Positions 12,905 to 26,523 of a DNA stretch of 64,000 nucleotides are shown in pieces. Positions within the stretch are counted from its first letter, which is position 1. Each line of letters opens with the position of its first letter. Origin of the DNA: Octopus sinensis (Eukaryota); contig NC_042998.1 of the NCBI RefSeq assembly GCF_006345805.1, forward strand, positions 79,360,001 to 79,424,000, read 5' to 3'. Below the pieces are notes generated by a model. The model ran no database searches and had not been told where the DNA came from. It saw only the letters and a list, made by a program, of their open reading frames with translations. A program made the position numbers and the translations under genes.

Positions 12905-13095
12905 GCTAACACGCCAGGCAAAATACTTAGCGGCAATTCGTCCGTCTTTACGTTCTGAGTTCAAATTCCGCCGAGGTCGACTTAACCTTTCATCCTTTCG
13001 GAGGTCGATGAAATAAGTACCAGTTAAACACTTGGGGTCGATGTAATCGACAACCCCCCTCCCCAAAATTTCAGGCCTTGTGCCATTAGTTGAAA
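12905..13095 (+). mobile_element. SINE family A, head partly lost, tail B followed by (ATT)n
   Basis: Family A body; CCTTGTGCCATTAGTTGAAAGGATTATC tail. Confidence 0.75.
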
Positions 13096-13101
13096 GGATT
13101 A

Positions 13102-13153
<52 letters not shown>

Positions 13154-13768
13154 GGTGGCGTGTTGGCAGAAAGAGAAAGAGAGGAGGGGGAGACGGGTAG
13201 AGACTGTTAGATGGGAATGTGACTATAAGACACATGCACATAGATTTAAACGTCTCAATGTGAAACATAACACTTTAAACTTGTTTATTATTATCGAATT
13301 GCAGTATATTTTATATTTTATGTCATTTTCCTTTATTTTTTTGTAGTGGTGATGTGAGGCGAAGGTATAGAATATTCTGAATGTAAAAGAAAAATCTCTA
13401 TTGCAATCAGTAATGAAAGAAGGAAATAAAAAAAAAACTGGAATAACAACCAACTCAGATATATATTTTAATAGGTTTATCTAAAGTAAGTATTGCCAAT
13501 AGTGCTGTAATATGTAATATATTTCTAGCACCACCAGCCTTTCATATATACCATATTTGTATATATATATCCGTATTCTGCTTCATTTCTTGTCACATCT
13601 TGTCCAGTAATCAATTCATCTCATGTTACTGCATTAGTATTTCTCTCTTACTCTCTTTCTCACCCTCCCTTTCCCTCTTCCCTCTCCCTCTTCCCTTACT
13701 CTCTCTCTCACTCTCTCTCGTGTATATACATATCTATATATATTTACGTATTTGTGTGTATGATAGCG

Positions 13769-13829
<61 letters not shown>

Positions 13830-13849
13830 TAGATAGATAGACAGATAGG

Positions 13850-13930
<81 letters not shown>
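13769..13930. repeat. (GATA)n microsatellite adjoining the 3' end of Tx1 copy 1
   Basis: Direct read. Confidence 0.95.
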
Positions 13931-13932
<2 letters not shown>

Positions 13933-14198
13933 CTTTCTTTATTAGCCACACAGGGCGGAACACAGAGGGGACAAATGCAAATGCAGAGCTTTTCTTTTCG
14001 AAAATGAACAAAAGGGGAAAAATAAGAAGAAAAAAAGCAAAATTCCGATCAAAAGGGATCGGAAAAACAACGATCAAATGGGATCATGTATCACAGAAGA
14101 ATTTTTTAAATGTAAAAAGTAAGATTAGGTTTACCCCTGGAAAGAAAAGACCACGGTAACCTCAGACAGGGAGGGAATAAACACATGAGAGCAAAGTG

Positions 14199-14250
<52 letters not shown>

Positions 14251-15217
14251 TATAGGATCATGCTCAAAGTGGTTTCGTCACTCGCACATTCACCCACTTT
14301 TTTTTTTTAACTTTCACGAGAGAGAGAGATAGGGAAGAGGGAAAAGGAGGGTTAGAAAGAGAGTGAGAAAGAAATACTAATGCAGTAACATGAGATGAAC
14401 TGATTACTGGACAAGATGTGACAAGAAATGAAATACGTACAGAAGCGACGAGAGGGGGCATCCTTGACGAACCGAACGCACGACGTTAAATGATCTGGAT
14501 AGATGACCATTTACGTGAACTACCGAGCGGATGCCGCTGTATCAGTTAGCGATCCAACTGCGGAAGATGGGACCGAAACCAGCCGCTCTAAGGACAGCCT
14601 CCAAGTAGTGATGGTCTACCCTATCGAAAGCTTTTGATTGATCCAAATTTATCACCGCCCACCCATGCCAGGTTCCTTAACTACCCTTTCTATGATGTAG
14701 CGCATCAGATGGAGGTTGTCATGGATACCCCTATTCGGCGCGGCGCACGTTTGCACCTTGTCGACTAGTTTCTCGATGACAAGCGCCAACCTCTCGGCTA
14801 ACACCTTGGCCAAAATTTTTAAATCTGAGTTGAGTAGAGTGATGGGCCTGAAGTTATCTATGACGTTCCCCGTGTTTGGATCTTTCTTTAGCAGTGCCAC
14901 CGCTCCTCGCTTTACAAAGACGGGGATGCTCCCGTTTTGCTGCCAGTTGTAGTAGACAGCTGCCAAGACGCCTCCAAACAAGTCTGACATATTCTTTATT
15001 CTTTCTTTTTCTTTTACTTGTTTCAGTCATTTGACTGCGGCCATGCTGGAGCACCGCCTTTAGTCGAGCAAATCAACCCCAGGACTTATTCTTTGTAAGC
15101 TTAGTACTTATTCTATCGGTCTCTTTTGCCGAACCGCTAAGTGACGGGGACGTAAACACACCAGCATCGGTTGTCAACCAATCCCAGGGGGACAAACACA
15201 GACATACACACACACAT

Positions 15218-15273
<56 letters not shown>

Positions 15274-16874
15274 TATATATATATACGACAGGCTTCTTTC
15301 AGTTTCCGTCTACCAAATCCACTCACAAGGCCCGGGGCTATAGCAGAAGACACTTGCCCAAGATGCCACGCAGTGGGACTGAACCCGGAACCATGTGGTT
15401 GGTTAGCAAGCTACTTACCACACAGCCACTCCTGCGCCTATATGACAATAGAGTTCATAGGGCAGACCATCCAAACCTGATGACTTGTCTCTCGCGCAGC
15501 CTGCCATCGTATCCCGTACATTCGCGGCTGTGATGGGTCTTTCACAACACTCCGCCTCTCTTGCTGAGAGTAGTGGAAGGCCATGCAGGTAGGCACTAAG
15601 GTTCGCCCTGCGTTCAGACCAACCAGTTGTCCCGAACAGTCAGGCAAAGTGTTGTTGAAAGGCCTCACACATCCTTTCAGGCTCGAGTAATTCGTGCCCC
15701 TGTTCATCTGTCAGGGACCTGATGGTGGCTTTGTTGCTTCGTTGCGCCTCCGCCACTCCGGCCTCTCGGGCGGCTCCAACTCCTTCGTTCCTCAGAGCAC
15801 GCATCCTGGCTCTGACAACGAATCCTTCGTGTTTAGCATTGAAGTGTTGGCCGAGGGCGAACCTCGCCGCTAGTACGTTGGACGCGATGCCAGTTCTAAG
15901 TGCCTCTTCTAATTTCTTAACTAGGTCTCCCTCTATCCTATTTCGGTCTAATGCTAGGGCCTTACTGTACCTAACCGATTCTGATTTAATTGCTTTCTTT
16001 AGGGCATACCACCATCTGTTGTTGATGATGGCACCCGTCAATGCTCTCTTAACTAATGTGCTAATTCGGTCCCTGTAAGCCTGGCGTGCCGTGAAAGACG
16101 CGGTCAGCTTCCAGTAACCGGGACTCTGCCTATGTGTCTTATCTAAGTCAAGTGTTCAAGTCACAAATTTGTGATCTGTGTAGCTGACTATATGGAATTG
16201 TGGACAACCTACACTATCCTTATCCACTGACCTACAGATTACTCAATCTAAATACGATCTGGACGACCAGATGCGGTTGCTCCATGTCCACACTGGCAGA
16301 TTCGGGTGGTCCTGTCGGTACTTTTCAGACAGTTGGAAACGTCTGAGCAGGTCTTTGAGGCATTTGCATCCCCTCCTATTACTATCTCTGCCCACGTAGT
16401 CTAGATGCGTGTCCAGGGTGGCGTTCCAATCTCCCACTAAAAGTAAAGGTCGAGACATTCCCAGGAAAACCTCTAGACGTTGAAAGAAATCTGGCCGGCT
16501 TGTTAAGGACGGTGCATAAACTGTTATCAGTCGAAAAGCACACCCATTGCTGCCATCGACATCCAAGACGACCAGCCTACTCTCCGGGTCTAGGAAAATT
16601 GCTCTTGCTTTGAGGTCCAGACTCTTCTGAAGAAGCACCGCGGTGCCCCTTCCGCCCATTCTCGGCTGACACGGAGAAAAATAAATGACGAAATGTCCTC
16701 CGAACATGAGGGCCCGCGGGCTTTTGAGGCTGGTCTCGCTGTGGAGGCTGTGGAGGCTGTGGAGGCTGGTCTGGCTATGATATGCAGATTTTGTGACTCG
16801 ATGTCGTTTAATAGGTAGCCTTGTTTCCAAGGCGACCCCAAGCCATGTACGTTTATACTGCCTATTTTGAGCAT
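13931..16874 (-). mobile_element. Tx1-clade (L1 group) LINE copy 1: ORF2 from APE endonuclease to RT N-half, internal deletion, 3' UTR; pseudogenised
   Basis: ORF2 start MLKIGSINVHGL (16874); APE motifs VYAP, LLVGDWNATLD, WTWSN..SYLD; linker ORF 15640-16041; RT NFRPITLLNSDLKILAKVLA, DQSKAFDRVDH, GCPLS (14447-14990); 3' UTR 13931-14170 is homologous to 46184-46500. Confidence 0.9.
14993..15439 (-). mobile_element. SINE family B (tRNA head, internal microsatellite, CR1-like tail) inserted into Tx1 ORF2
   Basis: Head AGGCGCAGGAGTGGCTGTGTGG..GGGTTCAGTCCC; tail GGCGGTGCTCCAGCATGGCCGCAGTCAAATGACTGAAACAAG; 4-bp duplication ATAT (14989-92/15440-43), and removing the SINE restores the Tx1 frame ..ELYCHMSDLF. 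Confidence 0.85.
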
Positions 16875-17380
16875 GTTCCTATCGAAAGTTTTGTTTTACA
16901 CACGAAAGGGAGACGAAAGAGAAAGAGAGAGAGAGAGTTACTTACTGTCCGAAAGTTGTTTGTTTTTCACCTCACAGTATTCTCCCAGAAGGTTTTTGTA
17001 TAGTTTTTTTAGAGAGGTATTTTTGAAACCTCCCTACTACATCCGGGTAGAGAGATCTCAGTGTGCTGTGTGTGTTCTATGTTATGTGTATGATTTTAAT
17101 GTGTTGTCGTGATTCTTTGTTTTGGTATCATTTTCTGTTATATTGATGTTTGACCTAATGTATTCCATTAGGTCTGGATTGTTGGTGTTTATAGCTGTCA
17201 ACATTGTTGGGGGTGGGTTAGTGTGTTTGTGTTGATGCTTTTGCGTGAAGAAGGGAGGCTGGTATGCGTGGGCGACTGCCGGTCTTCCATAAACAACCTT
17301 GCCCAGACTTGTGCTCGGAAGGTAACCCTCTAGGTGTAATCCCATGGTCATTCATGACCGAAGGGGGTCACAATATATGT

Positions 17381-17706
17381 AATTTAAAGAAAACAGAAAA
17401 TAGAGAAATATTTATGAACAACAACTGACTTAGATCAATTATTATTTATTAATAATTGTTGTTTCTACTTCCAATGTTGTATGATATTGCCATTGATATG
17501 CAAAAATTCATTCTGATGAAGTTCCATGTTTCAGATCGGTTTTATAACCAAATATGATAAATATCAATGGCAATACCATACAACATTGAAAGCAGAAACA
17601 GCTGTTCGATGGGATGCAGTTTATTTGCATTGAATTCATAAATAATAACTGACGTAAGTCAATTGTTGTTCATCAGTATTTCTCCATTTTCTGTTTTCTT
17701 TAAATT
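17381..17706. repeat. Imperfect fold-back element (~325 bp)
   Basis: Outer arms AATTTAAAGAAAACAGAAAAT../..ATTTTCTGTTTTCTTTAAATT; inner arms TGTTTCTACTTCCAATGTTGTATG../..CATACAACATTGAAAGCAGAAACA. Confidence 0.85.
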
Positions 17707-17881
17707 TTGTTTCTTGATAAACTCATGTTTATCCTTGTCTTTACCCATAATTTATGGACATATATTGACATATGTATGCCCATGGTTAAACATAGGTAAT
17801 ATACCGGTAGTGTAATGGATACTTCTATCTCTTAGACTGTTATTTTAAACTCTAACTCAGCTAACCTATATATATATATAT

Positions 17882-18199
17882 AAGAATACAAAAATGAGAC
17901 AAGAACGCAACAGGTGACAACAAGGCATCCAGACAGTTAGATGATACAAAAAGGGACAAGAAAAAACTAGGACGGGTCATTCGGAGTTTTCTTTCGTCAG
18001 TCGAGTTCCAGATTATCTTTGCAGTTTCGGCTGGTTATACTTGAGTAACCAGCTGAAACTGCAATGACAATGTGGAACTCGCTCGACTGACGAAAGTAAA
18101 CTCCGAATGGCCCGTTTTTTCTTTCCCTTTTTCTATGATCTAACTATCTGGATGTCTTGTTGTCGCCTGTTGCGTCCTTGTCCCATTTTTTGTATTCTT
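17882..18199. repeat. Imperfect fold-back element in (TA)n, centred at ~18041
   Basis: AAGAATACAAAAA../..TTTTTGTATTCTT; centre GGCTGGTTA-TACTTGAG-TAACCAGCT. Confidence 0.85.
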
Positions 18200-18236
18200 T
18201 TTTATATACATATAGCGGCGTACGTACACTTGGTCT

Positions 18237-18311
<75 letters not shown>

Positions 18312-18725
18312 CTATAAAGTGTTTATGCACGTAACTACAAAAGTAGATGAAAGTATTAATGGAAGCGTAGCACAAGGTTATACTCGCTTGTGAGTGACGG
18401 CTAAACAAGATACATACACACACAGTCATAGTTTGACGATAAGGATTTAGTTATTCAACTGAATAACCTGCTTCTGAATTCACATATAAGTGGCTGACCA
18501 TTCCACAAGTAGAATCAGCGTGCTGCAGAGAGTGACGAAAGAGTACCTTTTGAATTTCAGTAATAAGCCACTGTGAGGTGGATTCTGTTTATTCACTCAC
18601 AGGGAGTGAGTTGGCACATTTGCCCAAAATGCTACAGTGGGACCGAACGTGTGATAGTTGTGAAGCGAGCTTCTTTAATATACTGTGCGCGCGTGCACAC
18701 ACACACACTCACACACACACACACA

Positions 18726-18778
<53 letters not shown>

Positions 18779-18786
18779 ATATATAT

Positions 18787-18844
<58 letters not shown>

Positions 18845-21444
18845 TATAAAGCATGATCTCCTTTATGATGCACTGACAACCCTCACTAGGTGAATATATT
18901 CATTAATTACGAAGAATTCTATGCAGCTAAGGATACAATACCATTGAGTTTGACGAATCTATATTAATGTAAAGTTCTATGCTATTCTTAGTTTTGTTAT
19001 ATAACCTCATGTTAAGTTTGTTGAGTGTAAACTCATACCTAAATTATATAATCAAGGTATTTGTAGTCTATCCAAAAGAAGAAAACATTCCCTTGTGAAT
19101 TGTTTTCCCTCTAAATATTTGTTTCCTTAAATCTTATATTTACAACTTGATGAAGAAGACTATTTCACTGCGAAGTGTTTTAGCCACCGATTCCACCTAA
19201 TGCGGATGATAAGGTGTGAACTACTCATGTCGTGGCTAAATTCTCTATGCCTTACATACTAGGCCATCATTGTTCTGATACTTTCAACGTTATAAATCGA
19301 AACTTTATGTCTGTGTGTATACATACATATATTTTTTCTACATCCTCTCTGTTTGTCACTATGTCTCTCTTTTTCTGTTTACATATATACATACATTATT
19401 ATATACATACACACATATATACATATAAGCATGCACAGATGTATGCGGAAACACATATATGCATACATACATAAACACATCCATTACATAAATACACCCA
19501 TTATACGTCTGAGAGCATATTCAACCTTAAGCACTCATATTCACATACATGCAGACATACACTCATTATATTCACAAATCCTTGAATCTTCCCTGACATA
19601 AACAATGAATCCTTGTCACTTTCTTTGTAATTGGCTTGAATTCTGCGAAGAAGAATTCGAAATTTCTGTACCTTGTAAGCGCAACTGACATCATGTTAAC
19701 AGCTGCTGATCAATTGATTTCTCCATCAAGTGATGTTCAGCAGCTGTTAATATAATGTAACAGATAAAATTAAAATAAAAGGGCAAATTAGAAATCTGCA
19801 GATATTACACTAGGACTATAACTTTAGATTTATAACCCATGATTATTGTGGCACGTGGTTATGCAAAATAGTCTAGAAACTTAGCCTCTAATATGTACAT
19901 ACACACAAATACACAAACACACACGTAAGTAAAAACACACCACACGCTAAAAGACAAGCTTGCAAGTGTACAGGGTCATGTATACTTGTGCAGACACTTT
20001 TATACGTATACGCATACATGCATATATACATTCATGGACATACATACATACATACATACATACATACATACTACATACATACATACATACATACATACTA
20101 CGTACGTACATATATACATACATTGTACACACGACTCGGCTGTTGACCAGACACATGCTTGGCGTGAGAAACTTTTCATCGAATTTTCGTTGAATACTAT
20201 CACCAACATTAATACTACAACTATCGGCCTTGTTAAATTGCTGTATATTGTTCTGAACAGATTCAGTGAAAAAATCTTTTGTTCAAAGTCATACTGATAT
20301 TCAAACCTGAATTCACCATACAGAAAATCGTTACAATGTAGTTTGACACGACAGTTTCACTAGCGGGGAATAACCGAAAGTAAACAATATCGGAAAAGAT
20401 AAACATAATTTTATTAGTTTTACTCATAGAAGAACCAGAGTTGCAAAGTAGATTTTTCTTGGAGTTACGAACTGAATAATAACTTGGATAATCGCTATAA
20501 TATGGGTGGTGGGTGAAAGAGATCAGTACACTAGTTATATGAATATAACGCAAACATACCGGGATGAACTTCACACAAAGCCGAATTTATTTCATGGAAG
20601 TTAATAGTCAAAGAGCAGCATTTGTTAAACGTAAGAAGAGGTTTAGGGGTCGTAAATTCACAAAGTGAGAACTGTGTGCAAATAACAATACATGGACATA
20701 TTTTGAGAATACACATATTGACCTTAAGTGTGATAAACAATAATGTGCTATTATGCTACTATGCTTGATCTTTTACCTTTAACTGCCGGTAACCATAGCA
20801 GCAGCAACGATAAATGTATTGTAAACTAGGAAGGTGCAGAATACAAACAATTGAAATGTATTCTTAATGAAATGCTTCGAGAAAAGATTTTTTTTCAAAT
20901 ACTATTTAACAAACAATATCTGATTAACAAGCAAGCTAGCTCGCTAAGAAAATCTCTAAAGAGACTAAAGCAATATCTATACTGAGAAGTAATGTTTATC
21001 GCCATCTAAACATAGGTGTTCACTATGAACAAACAATACTGCTATTTAACCCCTGGAGGACACCACCTTCAGCTGATAATTCAGTGCGCTCCGTATTCGA
21101 CATACAGTGCAAGCAGAGAGGGAACTCACTACTTTTCCAGCTATCGAGAGCACCCATCTTTAGAAAGTTTGATTAGTTTTGATACACAGGAGATGATGTT
21201 AACAACGGCCAAGGATATCATGGTGAATATTTATAATACAAAGTAACAAATTACTGTTTTTTGGCGAAAAACGCCATTTATATCCTTACATTCTTCTCTA
21301 CAAGTGTTGAGCAGCATTTTGAGATCTTGAAGGTAATAATGCAGTCAGCAAAAGCCAATTTTTTTTTAATGTTATCGTGGGGTTAGAAAATATATTAAAA
21401 AAAACCCAGATCGCTGATCTTCAAAGGAACATTAACTTACGGTA

Positions 21445-21870
21445 ATATTGGTTTCAAATTTTGACACAAGGCCAGAATTTTAGGGAAGGGATTAAATTGA
21501 GCACATTGACCCAGTGCTCAAATGGTACTTATTTTATCATCCCCTAAGGGATGAAAGGCAATATCGACCGCGGCAGAATTTGAACTCTGAAGGTAAAGAC
21601 GGACGAAATGCCGCTCAGCATTTTGCCAGCGTGCTTAACACGTCTGCCAGCTCACTGCCTTAACTTGTGATAGTAATATTAAAGCGGCGATCAGGCAGAA
21701 TCGTTAGTACACTGGGCAAAATGCTCAGCGGTATTGACTTTCATCCTTTCATTTTTGCATCCTTCTGGACTCAGTAAAATAAGTATCAGCTGAGTACTGG
21801 GGTTGGTGTAATCGACTTACACTTTCCTCCGAAATTGCTTGCTTTGTGCCAAGATTTGAAGCCTATGTTA
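21445..21870. mobile_element. Two SINE family A copies head-to-head (21445-21662 minus; 21683-21870 plus)
   Basis: Family A head/body/tail B in opposite orientations ~20 bp apart. Confidence 0.7.
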
Positions 21871-22089
21871 TTGAACCAATGCACCTTACTATCTCGTGCC
21901 CAAAATCACTATATGAGGAAATTTTACGGGGCACTTTAGCCCAAAAATGCCACACTAATTGAAGATTAGCCTCAAATAGTGTACTCCAAAGTTAGTTCCT
22001 ATCCTCTTTAAATTCTTCAGTCTTTCTCTCATTCTACTAGAATTTACCCAAGTTACGGTAAAATGCCAAAGTTTATTTCATTCTAGATA

Positions 22090-22700
22090 ACGAAAATAAT
22101 TATATTGTTCTTGACATCAGCAAATCATCCGGACGTGACCGAATTGAAGCAGAACTGCTAAATTTCCACTTATTAGGTCCCACAAAATCTTATAACTGAT
22201 GTAGGCTATACATATATAACATTGCAAAGACTGCATTTCAAAAGCTAGTTCTTTTCAATGTCCGAAACTACTTCATCATTGAAGATTCGCTAACCTTATA
22301 AAATGGATAATGTGTGCATCAACTCTAGTATATGGCTCATACTTTGAACAGAGTAGATGTTACACATACATATTACACCGGATCCAAAACAAAACAAATC
22401 TATCCGACTTATAAGTAATCCTTCATACTCAAACACTAGCACATGTCGTATTCCATATTTTTTCTTCTTCCCTGTCGATGCCTCAACTGTTTCTGCTCAT
22501 CTGAATAAACAAACTACGCGTCACCTTTTTATTTGCCAGCCTCTCCTTCTCTATCCTTCCTTTCTATATCTCACCGTCTCAATTATTAACAGGAATACAA
22601 TGCCTAGTATGCTAAACTTTAACACTCTCGAATTCTCCGTTGCCCATGTTTTCCCAACAGTTGAAAGTCAGTCACATCGACCTCACTTGCCTGAAAATGT
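22090..22700 (+). mobile_element. Highly decayed CR1/Jockey-group LINE 3' fragment
   Basis: KLVLFNVRNYFIIEDSLTL resembles the post-RT 'KLGVL.R.R..F....LLTLYK' motif; the terminal AHVFPTVES..SHIDL resembles an ORF2 end. Confidence 0.45.
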
Positions 22701-23924
22701 CAGCTAAGATCCTCTTTCTGATTAAAATGCTAAAAAGAACAAAAATAGATAAGATTTGTGCTTAAGAAATTTCGTTTTGCAACCATATGGTTAGAAGTTC
22801 TATTCCACTGTGTAAGTACATTGAGTATCTTCTACTTTGGCATAATATTGATTAATACTATTTTGGCGGAATTTGTTTGGCGGAGATAGTGTGGAAGCCC
22901 AGTGTATATGTATGCATATGTGTGAATATAAATGTATGTAGATACTAGTGAGTTAAGTGGTGATCCTTTATACTGAAATTAACATAGCCATTCGATATAT
23001 AAACCAGTAGCTAACCAGTGGTAGATATATAATAGACCAAAACGCTTAAATACGGTACCCCATCATGGCCAGAATCCAATAACTGCAACTAGTAAAAGAA
23101 CACAATAATTAAGACAGTAATAATATATCGAAATATTTTTTTAAGTTCTAAAGAGAAAATCGTATCGTCCTTGATGTTTCTAGCTGGTGTAAGACGCAAT
23201 TTATTTTAATTTAGAAAATTTTCTTCGAAGTGGAGAGCAATCAATATGGTTTGATCTTGTTAAGTGTTGTTTGATAGTCAGTTTCCCATTGAAAATCCAC
23301 AGTAGAGGTCCTTGTTGATGGAATAAGTGGATATCTGACAAGAAACAAAATCATTGAATACAGAAGAATAAAGGATCGTGTGATCTGCATAGAATTGTTT
23401 GAAGCTTAAGGTGTTTGACCTCAGATACCACTATACACGTATTCAACGCATAACATTTGAATATCGTTACCGATAGCAGATTTTTACTAGCGATAAACTT
23501 CAAAGATAACGAAAGCAGAAATGATGCAAAGATAATACAGCCCAAATATTAATGTTAAGGAATAGATGCTTATCTAGAAATATATATGATCCAAAAGTAT
23601 ACGATCAATAAATATTTTTATCATATTGATCGAAGATACGATCAGAAAATCTTTTAGTAAAAAACTTACATTACATTTTCTCACATCAAATATACCTTAA
23701 AAAATTATAAATATAGCCAGAACTTGACTGGCACTTTAATTCATCGACTCTGTAATAAGGGAAGGGAAAATTGGAACCAGCTGGATTTGAACTCGGGAAC
23801 TAAAAAAACGTTACTAAATACCATAAGGCGCTTTGTTCGACGCACTACCGATTTTCTCAATACACCACCCATCTAAGCGTAAAGTGTATTCGTATGTGCG
23901 TATACACACACACATACATACATA

Positions 23925-24215
<291 letters not shown>

Positions 24216-24758
24216 AATATTTTGAATTCGCCTTAAATGGTCCTTTTACATACTGAACACTTGGTGAAATTGATTAATTAATTAATTTTACCCTCAATTG
24301 TTGATATATATATATATATATATCATGTTCAGTTAATTGAAGGAAATAAAATGGAGAATTGAAAGTTAATAATTATTATTAAAAAAATTGTTATCAGCAT
24401 AATTTCATCAGAGAAAAAGATAGACCTTAAGATGTTACATGCCGACCCATCAGTTCACGCCAGTAGATTCTGCTGGCATGAACTGATACTTTAATCATTT
24501 ACTTATAGAGCACTAATGGAAACTGTAAGAAGTAAAGATTATCAATTTTTTAATGAAAAATAATTATTACCTGTCAACTCTCCAGTCTCTTTCCGTCAAT
24601 TAACTGAACATGAATTATATGCTTAATATATGCCTATTTGTTTTAGGAAATTTCATTTCTCAAAAATATTAGGTGCAGGACAATATTTCCTTGGATATAA
24701 CGATCCTTTTATGAGGTTAACATATCCTCTAAGCAAATTTATATATATATTATATATA

Positions 24759-24789
<31 letters not shown>

Positions 24790-26093
24790 ATTATATATAT
24801 ATATATGCGCGTGTGTGTGTGTGTATGTGTGTGGTGTACATACATATATACATACATATATATACATATACATATATATATATATATGATGCGCACTCTT
24901 CTTCTTTACTATCTCTTCTCTGTCTATCTCTCTCCCTCTCTTGTTCTTCATCCTTTCTGGTTTTCTCTCCCACCCTTCCCTATTCTTCTCCTCTCCCCTT
25001 CACAGTTCCCTCCCTCTTACTCCGCCTCCTCGAGTCTCTCGTCGCTGATACGTGATCAGAGGGAAGCCATCTTTCCGACTGCTATCTTCACAAAGACCAG
25101 ACCAGCTTATCCTGTCTCTTCATAAGTTGTCTCCTTAAGCGTTCAGAATAATTTTTCCATCGTCTTTGCTTAAAATCCCTCATCGTTTGTTTTTACTATT
25201 TTGTTCTTGTTCTGCATTTTACTGTTTTTACTTTTTTATTGTTTTTACTGTTTTGTTCTTACTGTCCTGTTCTTGTAATTACTTTCACTCTCCGTAAAAA
25301 ATCCCGAATTTTATTTAATTTGCTTTGCGGAAAGGACTGTTTCAACGAAGTCGCGTCTTGTCCTTACCTTCAAAACGCTGAGTAGATTAAAGAGGGGCAA
25401 CTGAAGAAGGAGAATATTCCCTGTGTTGTATGTCTTGTTTCCGTGTTTTTTTTTTCGTTGTGTGAAAAAAAGTTCGTTTATATGTTTTTGTGTTTATGTT
25501 TTCGTTCCTCATTGTGTTCAACGTTTTTTGATGTCCTGTACCCATATATGCATGTATATATACATATAGATGTAGATATGTACATATACGTATGTATATA
25601 TGCATATATTTATATAATATTTATATTATATTATACTTTTAAGTTCATCTATCCTGGCTTTCTTACTTTTATCTTGATTTTCTTAGGAGCAACTGTCTAG
25701 GTTATATAAACGTTTAAAAGCTTCATCAAAAGTTTCAAGATGATATTTCTGTTTCTTCAGCTTCAAGTTGTTAACTCACAGTGGGATATATTTGCTGTTT
25801 AAGTAAAATCATAAATTGTAGATCAAATAGAGTTAGTCATATATCCTAGTTATAAGATGGTAAATAAAGCTATAAGTTTTAGCAGTGGAAATAGTACTGG
25901 AATCAGCGTCAGTGGTTATAATGAACACTCTACTACAGAAATGCATAGGCAGAAGAACTGATAAAATTCTATCACTGGTTCTTTGTTATCTGTAGCCAAG
26001 GTACATCGTTCTTAACAATCAAGTCCACCAGGGTGTAAGTTGTTACTCCAAACTTCCTCTCTCCCGCCCCTCCCCCACTCCCTCAGTGTGTGT

Positions 26094-26143
<50 letters not shown>

Positions 26144-26144
<1 letters not shown>

Positions 26145-26291
26145 TTACATTATTTACACTTGACGGATATTTGTGCTCATCATGTTTGTTGTTTAACACA
26201 CGCACACCGTTTCGGTTGATATACCTCCAGCCTTCATCAGGTGTCTTGGGGAAATTTCGAACCTGGGTTCTCATTTCTAAGACATTTTTGA

Positions 26292-26386
<95 letters not shown>

Positions 26387-26523
26387 TTTATTATAACATC
26401 GAAAAATACCTAAGAAATTTCCCCCAAAACACCTGATGAAGGCTGGAGGGTATATCAGCCGAAACGTTGTGTTAACAACAAACAAAATGAGGACAAATAT
26501 CCGTCAAATTTAAATAATGTAAA
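26144..26523. repeat. Fold-back element with (ATT)n loop; each arm carries a hammerhead motif
   Basis: Arms 26144-26298 and 26393-26523 are imperfect reverse complements; the loop is (ATT)n. Confidence 0.9.
26428..26473 (+). ncRNA. Minimal type-I hammerhead ribozyme (GUU site)
   Basis: AACAC CTGATGA A GGCTG-gagggtatat-CAGCC GAAAC GTT GTGTT: 5-bp stems I and II, palindromic ACGT stem III. A mutated inverted copy lies at 26195-26245 (minus). Confidence 0.7.

Noticed and set aside
17040-17370. Candidate Tx1 ORF1 or HDV-like ribozyme upstream of ORF2
   Set aside because: The ORF shows no RNA-binding/CCHC features, and I could not fit the nested double pseudoknot; probably an unrelated repeat.
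23130-23560. Possible Penelope RT remnant (INKDLYCGFSMGN..., RNIKDDTIF)
   Set aside because: The similarity is too weak and broken to call without an HMM search.
25370-25550. CTGAAGAAGG / CTGATGAAGG words (also 29890-29915, minus)
   Set aside because: Same repeat family, but no downstream GAAA-stem III-UH, so not a complete hammerhead.
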